Shown here in pieces: positions 13,347 through 26,834 of a stretch of DNA of 64,000 nt (within the stretch, counting starts at the first letter, position 1; every line of letters starts with the position of its first letter). The notes below the pieces were generated by a model, which was given only the letters and a program-made list of their open reading frames with translations, was not told the DNA's origin and ran no database searches. A program made the position numbers and the translations under genes. This DNA is from Eledone cirrhosa. Its lineage: Eukaryota. The stretch is taken from positions 72,478,001 to 72,542,000 of the forward strand of contig OZ024744.1 of assembly GCA_964016885.1 (NCBI GenBank). Reading direction: 5' to 3'.

Positions 13347-16084
13347 TGTGTGTGTTAGCGTGTGTGTGTGTGTGTGTGTGTCTCTCTGTGTGTGTGGGGG
13401 GCATAGTTAGAGAGAGAGTGAGTATGTGTACGTGTTGATATATGTGTATGCATCTGGGTGTGTGTAAGAAACAGAGAGAGAAAGAGAGATTGATTGTGTA
13501 TGTGTGTATGTGTTGATATGTGTGATATGTGTATGTGAAAATGTGTATGTGAAAATGTGTATGTGGGTGTATGTGTGTGTGTGACAGAGAGAGAGAGAGA
13601 GAGAGAGAGAAATAGAGTATGTGTATGTGTTAATATTTGTATATGAGGATGTGTATGTGTGTATGTGTGTGTGAGACAGAGAGAGAGAGTGTGTATGTAT
13701 GATATTTGTATGTGAGAATGTGTGTGTGTGTATGTATGTATGTGTGTGTGTGTGAAAGAGAGAGAGGGAGAAAGAGAGAGAGTGGCTACAAGTGTATTCG
13801 TGGTTTATGAGAAATTGAGTGTGTGAAAGAGAGGGGAAAATGTGTGCGTGAGTGAGTGTGTGTGTGTGTGTATGTGGTCGTGCGTGTATGTGTGTGAATG
13901 ATTGTGAGTGTATGTGTGTATGAGTGTGTGAATGTGCGTGTGAGAGTTTGAATATTCAGCTGTATATATAAATATATGTGTGCGCGTGTATAGCTGTATA
14001 TATAAATATATGTGTGTATGTGTGTGTATGTGTGTGTGTGTGCCTGTGTGTCTGTGTGTGTGTGTGTGTGTGTGTAAAAGGAAACGAAAGAAAAATGAAA
14101 GTAATTTAAAGAATATACAAAATGGATCTTAACTAGAATAATTTAGAACGAAGTATGTATGCGTATGTGTATGTGTACATGTACCTGTTGGTCTTAATGT
14201 GTGCGTGCGTACACCCGTGCCGTGTGTGTTTATGTGTTGCCTGCGTGTGTGTAAATAATGTATCGATATTTTTATATCAATACACAAAGAAAAGTTTTCT
14301 TAGGAATCCATTGGTAAATTGCCGAATGTGAATGAAAAGAACATAAAAAAAAGTTGTTCGATCGTCAACGGAGCCTTTAGAATATATATATGTATATAAT
14401 ATGTATTATATATTATATATTATATATTATATATTATATATTGGTCGTTGTAAATGTTTCATAAACAGCCGTGACTATAACGACACTCACTCGGTTGGCT
14501 GGTTGACTGGTTGATGGTGGGTTGGTTTGTAGTTTAGACCCAGGTAACTCCTCCGTCTCTACCCCCTCCTCGTAATGGGGTAGTAGACCACCTCTACTAT
14601 GGTGGAAAAAAATTCCTGTCGCAACCATCCTCGTCGTCGTTTAAAATATGGTGTGTATTTTTTTTTTTATCTAGGACTACATTGTCTAACGACGTGTCCT
14701 TCCTGGCGATATATATGTGTGTGTATGTGTGTGAGTATGCATGTGCATGTGTAATTTTGAGGAAGATTCTGCTGCTATGTCTAACAGGTTGAACGACCAC
14801 ATAGAGGCACTCTCCTCACGCACACTTTGTTTTTCCTTCTGCTACAGAAGCACGCTTCTTTCAAATGAAGCGATAGCATCATTGTCAAGCTTAACACTTA
14901 CTAACTACACTTACACTTTACACTTATTAACTACACGTACACTTACTACACTTACGGCAGACATATGTATACGTCTCAATCAGCCGAAAGTCTTGTAACA
15001 AATGAAATAAGAATTGATTTTTAAAAAAATAATAATAACGAAATAAATAGGTCGTATGTAAGTGTGTGTAAGAGAAACAGAGATAGCGAGAGAGTGTGTG
15101 CGTACGTATGTCTGTGTGTTATTAGTACATATGTTGTGTATGTGTGTGTGTGTGTGTGTGCGTGGATATACTCACAAGATTTCAAATACAAAGTTTATGC
15201 ATCCGTGACTATGTATACGAGTATATATCTCTATATGAGTGTGTGTGTGTGTGTGTAGGTATGTATGTATATGTATGTATATATGTACGTATGTGTGCGC
15301 GTATGTTCGCGTGTGTGCGTGTATATATATATATATGTATATATATTTATTATGCCTGTGTGAAAGCGTTTGATGGTGTGTTAGTGTGTGTGTTAGCATG
15401 TAGTGGCTGCGTTATCATGTGTGTATGTGTATGTGCATAAAACAATAAGTTTGTATATGTAAGTATATTAAACAAACTATCAGAAAACTTTTAATAGGTT
15501 TAGTCGTTGTTGTTTTTGTTGTTGTTATCGTCGTCGTCGTTGTTGTTGTTGTTGTTGGTCGTCGTCGTCGTCGTCGTGGTAGGAGTGATGTGGTTTTTGT
15601 TGTTGTTATCGTTGTTGTTATCGTTGTCGACGTTGTTGTTTTAGATGATGTTGATTTTGTTGTTGTTGTTGTTAACCAAATCGATATCTATAAAAATCTA
15701 GTCAGCAGCAGCAGCAGTAGCAGCAGTAGCAGCAGTAGCAGCAGCAGTAGCAGCAGCAGTAGCAGCAGCAGCAGTAGTAGTAGTAGTAGTAGTAGTAGTA
15801 GAAGAAGAAGAAGAAGAAGAAGAAGAAGAAGAAGAAGAAGAAGAAGAAGAAGAAGAAGAAGAAGAAGAAGAAGAGTAATTAATTAATTAATTATTAATCA
15901 ATTATTAATCAAAGATCTGTCTGTCGTCCTGTCAGTAGATTCCAATAACGGCAACGCCAAAAATATTTCTTGTTTGTTTTGTTGCTGTTGTTATTGTTGT
16001 TGCTGTTGTTATTGTTATGGTTATTGTTGCTGTTGTTGTTGTGGTTGTTGTTGTTTGTTATTGTTTTATTTTTATTGCCGTTGC

Positions 16085-16117
<33 letters not shown>

Positions 16118-16246
16118 CATAAAGTTTTAAAAGAATAAAAATATTTTGTAAAATTCCTGCAGAAAATAAATTTATAAGAGATTTGGAGAGATAAAGTATT
16201 CCAGGTGATTGAAACAAGACAGTAGAATCCAAAGTTGGTTGGGTTC

Positions 16247-16311
<65 letters not shown>

Positions 16312-16453
16312 AGAGAGAGTCTCTCTCTCTTTCTCCCCCCCCCCTCTCTCTCTATATATATATCTATATCTATATATGACTATCCAGGAAGCTCCAACCG
16401 CCAAGGTTGTCTTTTTTCCGGGTATGTCAATATTTATTTATAAAACAAATCTG

Positions 16454-16519
16454 TATTTTATCTGATGAAAGTGCACCATAATATACCTTGGTTACACTTG
16501 AAATATATATAATAAAATA
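16454..16519 (+). ncRNA. Type I hammerhead ribozyme motif (Penelope/retrozyme-type, minimal stem III)
   Basis: tattttat CTGATGA aagtg..cactt GAAA tatata TA ataaaata. Stem I is 8 bp, stem II is aagtg/cactt plus acc/ggt, and predicted cleavage is after 16511. Confidence 0.75.
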
Positions 16520-16628
16520 AATATGGTTTTATAAATATACTTTCTATTTATTAATATATTGTATATATTTATATATGTATGTATGTATAATATGTTTGTA
16601 TAAGTTTGTGTGTGTGGTGTGATGTGAG

Positions 16629-16663
<35 letters not shown>

Positions 16664-16716
16664 TAGTGTGTATGTTGTGTGAGAGTCTCTCTCTTTCTCT
16701 CTCCCCTCTCTCTCTC

Positions 16717-16754
<38 letters not shown>

Positions 16755-17070
16755 TGTATAAGTTTGTGTGTGTGGTGTGATGTGAGTATATATATATATG
16801 TGTTTGTGTGTGTGTGTGCGTGTGTGTGTGTGTGTGTGTGTGCGTGTGTGCGTGTGTGTGTGCGTGTGTTCTGTGGCTAAAGCAAGAGATTTTATCGTGA
16901 CTTATTACACACATACCCCTGCAATATTCAACATGGTAATAATCGTTTCTACTTTTGGCACAAGGCCATCAAATACCCCAGTGCATTACTGCTACTTTAT
17001 TTTATCGCCCCCCCAATATATTGATCTTATATATATATATATATATATGTATTATATATATATATATATG

Positions 17071-17181
<111 letters not shown>

Positions 17182-17270
17182 CATATATATATATATATAA
17201 TACATATATATATATATATATATAAGATCAATATATTTTATATATATCAATATATTAATATATATCAATA

Positions 17271-17383
<113 letters not shown>

Positions 17384-17497
17384 ATATAAGATCAAAAGAT
17401 GGTTAAAAGAGTTCCATGTATTTTATCATGCGCATTTCGAAAACAAATATCATCATGGGATGATATTTGCGTTCTCATCAGATAAAATAGGGAGACA

Positions 17498-17610
<113 letters not shown>

Positions 17611-17685
17611 AAAGGTACATATAGTAAGTACAGCGAATTTTTTTTAATTTATTTAAAAACTTTTTTCTCTATTTGCTAGACCTGG

Positions 17686-17755
<70 letters not shown>

Positions 17756-17834
17756 TATGGATAGAGAGATAGTTTCATATATATATTTATTTAATTATGT
17801 CTCATATAAAATAATACAGCCGACTTTCCACATA

Positions 17835-18240
17835 AATGTTTCTACTTTTGGCACAAGGCCAGCAATTAGCCAGTGCATTACTGGTACTTTATTTTATCGA
17901 CCCCGTAAGGATGAAAGGCAAAGTCAACCTCGGCGGGATTTGAACTCAGATCGTAAAGGGACGTAACTATGCTGGAAAGCATGGCGTCCGACCCTCTACC
18001 GATACTGCCAATCCACCGCCGACTTTCCACATAATTGTTTCTACTTTAGGCACAAGGCCAGCAATTACCAGTGCATTACTGGTACTTTATTTTATCGACC
18101 CCGTAAGGATTATTTTATCGACCCCGTAAGGATGAAAGGCAAAGTCAACCTCGGCGGGATTTGAACTCAGATGGTAAAGGGACGTAACTATGCTGGAAAG
18201 CATGGCGTGCGACCCTCTACCGATACTGCCAATCCACCGC
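17835..18240 (-). mobile_element. Two tandem SINE copies
   Basis: Same family as the reference copy. The 17-bp sequence gccgactttccacataa occurs at 17819, 18018 and 18239. Confidence 0.85.
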
Positions 18241-18377
18241 CGACTTTCCACATAATACAAAATAGTTAGCACCCCAAACGTATAATTGGGAATATACTCC
18301 GGTATTTCCTAATGTTTGTTGAGTGAGTTGGGAGTTGGTCGGAGTATTGCTTAAAGCTTTCTCTGTTAGTGTATTAA

Positions 18378-18421
<44 letters not shown>

Positions 18422-18598
18422 GAAGGGGAACTTATACTTTTGTTTGTTTATATTATATTTTATATTGTATATTTACATTTATTCTATGTTTATTTATGTT
18501 TATGTTTATATGTTTATATATCTCTGTGTGTGTTTGAAAGAAAATAGAAAGATAGATAAACACACAGAGAGTAAGAGAGAGGGAGAGAGTGAGTGATG

Positions 18599-18693
<95 letters not shown>

Positions 18694-19781
18694 GGATAGA
18701 TGGATAGATAGAAGGAGCTATAGAAAATATGTAAACTTGTGCATTATTGTATTTTCATGGGAATATATTTATACTTTGAACCATGGCAGCGTCCTGTGGG
18801 ACACGGGTTCCTCTGCAACCGGGTACACATATTTAAAAAATATTATTTCACGCTTCATTTGTTTGTGTTTTTGTTTTTGTTTTTGTTTATGTTTGTGTTT
18901 TGTATACTTTTTAGGGTGTTATTTTTTTTTTGTTATTTTTTTCAACATCCATTCGGAGTTTAAGAAAACATAAATGTGCTTTAAGCTTGTTTTTTTTTTT
19001 TTTGTATTTTATTTTGTTGTTGTTTTTTAATCTTTGGTTGCTTCTTGTTGTTGTTTGAACAGCCGGGGTCAGGGGTCAGACCTGACTGAACAGATGACTT
19101 GTTATCAAAGACGTTCTAGCCATGATCATCAAGATTTTTTTTTACCCCCCGGGGAGGAAGCGGTGGTGTAATTCTAACTACATTATTTTAACTTTGGCTT
19201 TCATCCTTACGGGGGGGGGGGGGGGGGGGGGGGGTCAATAAAATAAAGCACCGGTAATTTACTGGGGTAATTGCTGGCCTTGTGCCAAAAGTAGAAACAA
19301 TTATTATTTAACAAAGCTAATAATGAATCGTTCACTTTTGTGTGTTCATATGTGGTGTGGTTTCATCTGTGTGTGTGTGTGTGTGTGTGTTTCTCTGTAA
19401 ATGCGTGTTTCTCCTTTTTGTTTGTTTTGCGTTGTTACTTTTGTTGTTAAGACTGCAGTGTGTGATTACCGGGAGATTTGGCTACTATTTCTAGCAAGCA
19501 AGACGAACGACCACGTAGAGTCTCCTTCGTTGGTACGACTGATACTGAATGAGAAAGTGTATAAAATCAGGTGCTGATTTTTATGTTGTTTGTTTTTTTC
19601 GTACGATATATATATATATATATATATATGTGAAAAAATCCGGACCCCGACGGCTGAGCTCCTGCCGTTTCAACAGCTAGATCCGAACTGGGCCCCAATT
19701 TTTTTCATATTACCCACTCTATAACCCCAAGTATCGAGTACTGTGGTGAGTAATGGTCTAACTAGTTTTTACCGTCGCCAA

Positions 19782-19952
<171 letters not shown>

Positions 19953-19963
19953 ATGTATATATT

Positions 19964-20029
<66 letters not shown>

Positions 20030-20033
20030 TATA

Positions 20034-20076
<43 letters not shown>

Positions 20077-20119
20077 TTATATATATATATTTATATATTT
20101 ATATATAAATATATATGTA

Positions 20120-20172
<53 letters not shown>

Positions 20173-20177
20173 TTATA

Positions 20178-20268
<91 letters not shown>

Positions 20269-20269
20269 T

Positions 20270-20324
<55 letters not shown>

Positions 20325-20391
20325 ATATTTATATATTTATATATATATATATTTATATATATACAAATGTATATATATATATATTTATATA

Positions 20392-20480
<89 letters not shown>

Positions 20481-20481
20481 T

Positions 20482-20516
<35 letters not shown>

Positions 20517-20533
20517 TTCCGACGGAATTACTT

Positions 20534-20679
<146 letters not shown>

Positions 20680-21277
20680 CACCACCCACTCTCAAGCGTG
20701 AACCTAATACCACACTGTTCGTACTGCACTCTTTGTTATTGTTTTTGTTTTTTTATTTTTACTTTTATATATATATATACATATAATCCCGACCGCGGCG
20801 CCAAGCGGTTTAGGCTTGTGTGTATATATATTTATAGGGTATGAAGTTATTTGTTTCTTTATATTGGTTTGATCGATTTTTTTTTCTATTTTGTTTGTTG
20901 TTTTTTTGTTTTGGGGGTGGGGGTGGGGGAGAAGCTTTTTGTTGTTGTATTTGTTGTTTTTTGTTGCTGTTGCTTTTTTTTTTTGCTGTGACCAGTTAAT
21001 AATCTCTTCTAAGTTGGTCGGTTGAGGCGGCCGACTGTTATTTGAGAAAACCGAGGTGAGAAGAGATGATGGTAAAACACAAGAACCGAATGAATCTAAC
21101 AATGCAAGAGTGAATAAATATTTAGAGAAGGAATAACAGAAGAAGAAGAAGAAGAAGAAGAAGAAGAAGAAGAAGAAGAAGAAGAAGAAGAAGAAGAAGC
21201 GGTGAAAGGAATAAAGTAGAGAAGAAAAAAAAGGAAGAAAGAAGAGGCGGGGCTAAGAGAGGGATAGAGAGATAGAA

Positions 21278-21342
<65 letters not shown>

Positions 21343-21460
21343 GAGAGAGAGATAGAAAGATATATATATAGTCCCCCACCTACCCCCCACTCTCCTGAGC
21401 GTGAATTTAATAAACATTTATTGTACTGCCTCTCTGTTCTGTCCCTGTTCAATTTTTCAT

Positions 21461-21516
<56 letters not shown>

Positions 21517-21910
21517 GGGAGATAAAGAGAGAGATAAAGAGAAAGTGAGATAAAGAGAGATAGAGATGGGAGTGGGAGGGCAGGCAGGGAAAAGATCGGA
21601 TAGTGGAGGGTGGGGAGTAGAAAAAAACAATAAAATATGCAAAGCATATATATATGTATATATATATGTGTGTGAGTGTGTGTGTGTTTTGTTTATATGT
21701 ATATGTGTATGTATAAAGAGTGAAAGAGAGAGAAAAGGAGTGGAGGTATGGGAGGTAAGAAATGTGGGGTGAAAAGTGAGAAAGTGCGAAATACAGACAG
21801 ACAGACAGACAGACAGACAGGCAGACAAACAGACAGATAGATAGAGAGACAGATAGATAGACAGACAGACAAACAGACAGATAGATAGAGAGACAGATAG
21901 ATAGACAGAT

Positions 21911-21941
<31 letters not shown>

Positions 21942-22114
21942 TAGATAGACAGACAGATAGACAGATAGATAGAGAGACAGATAGATAGACAGATAGAGAG
22001 ACAGACAGTCAGACAGATAGAGAGACAGGCAGACAGACAGATAGACAGATAGATAGACAGACAGATAGAGAGAGACAGATAGATAGAGAGACAGACAGTC
22101 AGACAGATAGAGAC

Positions 22115-22147
<33 letters not shown>

Positions 22148-22149
22148 TA

Positions 22150-24342
22150 CATTTCTTTATTAGCCACAAGGGCACAAAAGAAGGGGACAAATACAAATGG
22201 GGAGTTTACATACAGGTATATGAAAATAAAACTATTAATAAAATAACAAATAACAATTGAAATCCCCAATAGGGGGGAGGTGTTACACAGGGGTTGTACA
22301 CACCCCGAACAAATGTATAACCCTTATCTCCAGGAGCACCAAGAGTGAGTACTCCCTTCCTCTCTTTCTCTTTTTCCTCAACCTATAGGCTTATATAGAG
22401 AGAAGGCCCAAGCACCCGGGCCATCTTTGCCACATTCACCCACCTTTTATAAAACTTGCTGGGGTACAGCACCTCTCTCTCCATCCTGATTCTTCTTCCA
22501 AAGTGGTATTTGAAAAACGAATCAGTTGCTCGCAGGAGAGAAAGGTGTCTGACCTCAGCTCTTTTAACCTCGTCCACCATATAACCTCTTTCGCCATAGC
22601 CATAACACATAGGAAAACCGCCTGTCCCTCGTTTTTGAAGGAGGGTGGCGGTTTGATCATGACAATGGACTCGGTGGTCAACCGGATTGGTCCTACCCGC
22701 GACAATAGTCGTTCTACATAGCCCCACAGGTCGGTAACGCCAGGGCAGTGTACAAATGCGTGCGCGACGGTTTCCTCGTCGCGCACGCACCTCGGACAGA
22801 TCTTTTTCGAAGGGTCCTTGCCCGGGCGTCCGTGTCTGTAGAGCTTGTCTCGAACTGGTAGAGCTCCTCGGTAGCACTGCCAGGCCAGGGACTTTTGGAA
22901 GTTGTCCATTGGTCCCGGGCGGAAGGTCCTACCGAACAGACTGAACAGTTCGTCCTCCTCTACACCCAGAGTTTCTCCGAGCGCGTCGTCGCACTTGCTG
23001 CGGACCAACCCTCTATAGAATGTCGAAGTGGAGTCTCCACTGATCGCCGGGTCCGTTAGCCAGAGGACTGTGAGGATGTGCCAGTCGCCCATTTTCCTCG
23101 GTCTTTGCTTGACCCAGGACTGCAGCTCGGTCAGCGAGACGAGTCGAGGGAAGGCTCGCCCCACGAACGGGGCCCACACCGGTTGTCCGGTGAGGAATAT
23201 GTGGAGGTGCCGCAGCCTGAGCGCGTGTTTTCGCATCGTCAGCCACGGCATCCCCAGCTCTCCGTTTGAAGGGCGTTGGCAGCAGATGGATCTTCTCACC
23301 AAAGGAGCCCGTTTCTTCCAAAGGAATTGGAAGAGCGCGCGCTCCATTTTGGTGAGCGTTTTGGCTGGACAAGGCACGACGGTCAAGCGGTAGTAGATGG
23401 CGGACGCTATAAAAGTGTTCGCCACCTCCGCTCGACCTTTCAAGGATAGTTGTTTGCACTCGCCCCACTTCTGGGTGAGCGCAAACACCTTGGCCGTCCC
23501 CTCGTTCCAGTTCTTCTCCACCTGGAGGTCCGGACCAAACCAGACCCCGAGCAGCTTTACCGGTCCTTCCGTCCAGCGTCCGACGACGTCATCGGAAGGC
23601 CTCGGTTTGCCTCTCCACATTCTGAGTTGCAAACCGACGGATTTGTCCCGGTTCAGCTTCGCTCCTGTGAAACTTTCGTATTCCTCCAGTAAGGTGCCGA
23701 CTTCCTCGATTTGCGAGGTGCTCGACACCATTACCGTTATGTCGTCGGCGTAGGCCGACGCCGCCTTTTTCAGTTCCGGTTCCAAAGGCATGCCCTGCAA
23801 TAGCTCCAACTTCCGCAGTAGTGGCTCGAGAGTCAGTACGTACAGAAGGGAGGAGGGAGGGCATCCCTGTCGGATGGATCGCGTGATATGGAACAGCTCC
23901 GAGAAGTAGCCGTTCACCTTGACCCTTGAGCAGATGTTGTTGCTGTGCATTGCAGCAATCCAGCCCCTGAACACGGGTCCGAAGCCTGCCGCCTCAAGCA
24001 CCGCATCCAGGTAACGATGGTCAACCCTATCGAAAGCCTTAGACTGATCCAAGTTGATCAGGGCCCCACCGAAGCCGGGTTTACACCCTACTCTCTCTAT
24101 GATGTATCGCATGAGGTGGAGGTTGTTGTGTATGCACCTGATCGGGATTGCGCATGTCTGCGCTTCTCCCACCAGGTTTTCGACGACAAGCGCCAGCCTC
24201 TTTGCCAACACCTTGGCCAAAATCTGTAACTCTGTGTTGAGCAGAGTTATGGGCCGGAAGTTGCCTATGTCATCCCCCTTAATCTCGTCCTTCCTGACTA
24301 ACGTGACTACGCCCTTGGTCACAGAACTGGGAATTCTCCCGT

Positions 24343-24343
<1 letters not shown>
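22150..24343 (-). mobile_element. 5'-truncated L1/Tx1 element (divergent subfamily) inserted in a (GACA/GATA)n tract
   Basis: RT from NGRIPSS through QGCP and YADD to CPRCVRDEETVAHAFVHC, then a 3'UTR with AATAAA. (GACA)n lies on both sides (21792-22148 and 24344-24401). Confidence 0.92.
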
Positions 24344-24400
<57 letters not shown>

Positions 24401-25339
24401 GCACCAGCAACAACAACAACAACAACGACGACGACGACAACAATAACACAACATCAACAGCAACAACAACGACAACAACAACAACAAACAGTACGACGAC
24501 ATCAACAAGAACATCAACAACAACAAACAGAATGACAACATCAGCAACAACATAAACATCAAACACAACATAAACATCAAACATAACCACAACGTCAAAC
24601 ACATCAACATCAACATCAACAATAATGATTTCTAGCATGGCACAAGGCCAGTAATTGGGGGGGGGGGTATTGATTAAGTCGACCTCAGTACATTACTGGT
24701 ACTTTATTTTATCGACCAATAACAGCAATAAACACAACATCGTCAGCAATAACAACAACAATAACAGCAAGAAACAACAATAATAGCAATAAACACAACA
24801 GTAACAGCAATAAACACAACATCGTCAGCAATAACAACAACAATAACAGCAAGAAACACAACAATAATAGCAATAAACACAACAGTAACAGCAATAAACA
24901 CAACATCGTCAGCAATAACAACAACAATAACAGCAAGAAACACAACAATAATAGCAATAAACACAACAGTAACAGCAATAAACACAACATCGTCAGCAAT
25001 AACAACAACAATAACCGCAAGAAACACAACAATAATAGCAATAAACACAACAATAACGGCAATAAACAGAACAGTAACAGCAATAAACACAACATCGTCA
25101 GCAATAACAACAACAATAACCGCAAGAACACAACAATAATAGCAATAAACACAACAATAACGGCAATAAACAGAACAGTAACAGCAATAAACACAACATC
25201 GTCAGCAATAACAACAACAATAACCGCAAGAAACACAACAATAATAGCAATAAACACAACAATAACAGCAATAAACACAACAATAACAGCAACAAACACA
25301 ACAATAACAGCAACAAACACAACAATAACAGCAATAAAC

Positions 25340-26701
25340 ATTTAGCAATAAGATCTAATAGATATATCACCAAGATTTTAGAATCTTTTTATATTATTTA
25401 TTAACAAAGGTTAAGGGGTGGATTAAGCTGGCATGCCAAAAGAAATGAAATAAACCAATTAAGATTGCAAGAGAAGGTACGATCGACTGGCTGAGGCATT
25501 GACCAGGCCTGTAGTAATGTTTTGACGTTACATATTGTTCGTGCTTGCAGAGCAAAAGATGAACTGGTGTTTACCTTAGCAAGGTCAAGCTGCAAGAAGA
25601 GAGAGGCGCCAGGAAACTCCATTATATTCGGGCCACGGGGAAGTAACTCCAATTAGTTTTGTTCCCCGGGCAAAGATGGCGCTAGTCAATACAATACCTT
25701 TCTCCAGACGATAGACGATAATGAAGAAGTTAAATGTAGCGAACAAAACAAGGAAGGCAAAGGTATGTAAATAACAAAAGATTGCAAAGGAGCAGAGTAT
25801 AAAATAAACATGCATGATAAATGTAACAGGAACAAGTCATTAAAAATAAATGTTTCTACTATTGGCACAAGGCCAGCAATAACCCAGTACATTACTGGTA
25901 CTTTATTTTATCGACCCCGTAAGGATGAAAGGCAAAGTTAACCTTGGCGGGATTTGAACTCAGAATGGCAAGGGCCGTAACTCTATGCGTCAAAGCATGG
26001 CGTCCGATCCTCTACCGATACTGCCAATCCACCGCCCTTAGTCATTGAAAAATAATACAGTTCAAAGAGTGTTCACAAGAATGTAGCACAATTACAGCAG
26101 GGAAACAGTGTAGGAAAAAGTGTGTGTCCAAAGAGAATGTGTGCAAGTGGTTTCTGTACTGTGAAAAAACGTGAAATTCCCAACCTTCAAAGGGAATGGT
26201 GGAAAATGGTGTCTGCGTGTTCCTTATTTTTTTTTTATTTTATTCTTTCGGGTTGCGAATTGAATATGAATTGTTGATGAGTTTGCTGCAACGAAAGAGT
26301 TTGTTTGTGTTTTTTCGATTTTTAACGATGGTGATTTGTTTTGCTACGTGTTCGTGTTGAACATTTTTTGAAAATACTGCTAATTAATTTTTTTTTTAAA
26401 TTTAAAGGAGTGTTTCATACTTAAATACTCCTCCATCGAGGGTCACCATTTTAGCATTAAGATCTAATAGATATATCAGCAAGACTTTAGCATGTATTTA
26501 CATTATTTATTAACAAAGGTTAAGAGGTAGATTAAACTGACATGCCAAAAGAAATGAAATAAAACAATTAAGATTGCAAGAGAAGGTACGATCGACTGGC
26601 TGAGGCATTGACCAGGCCTGTAGTAATGTTTTGACGTTACATATTGTTCGTGCTTGCAGAGCAAATGATGAACTGGTGTTTACCTTAGCAAGGCCAAGCT
26701 G

Positions 26702-26756
<55 letters not shown>

Positions 26757-26834
26757 CCAGAACACTCCCTTATATTCGGACCACGGGAAAGTAACTCCAA
26801 TTAATTTTGTTCCGCGAGCAGAGGTGGCGCTAGT
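25340..26834. repeat. Direct repeat pair of about 345 bp (25340-25686 and 26449-26834)
   Basis: Long identical blocks, for example aagattgcaagagaaggtacgatcgactggctgaggcattgaccaggcctgtag. The second copy has an expanded (GA)n, and both end in tggcgctagt. Confidence 0.9.
25848..26038 (-). mobile_element. tRNA-derived SINE, full-length reference copy
   Basis: A box TGGCAGTATCGG, B box GAGTTCAAATCC, core gcctttcatccttacggggtcgataaaataaagtaccag and tail ggccttgtgccaatagtagaaac. Flanking direct repeat aagtcatt(g)aaaaataa. Confidence 0.85.
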
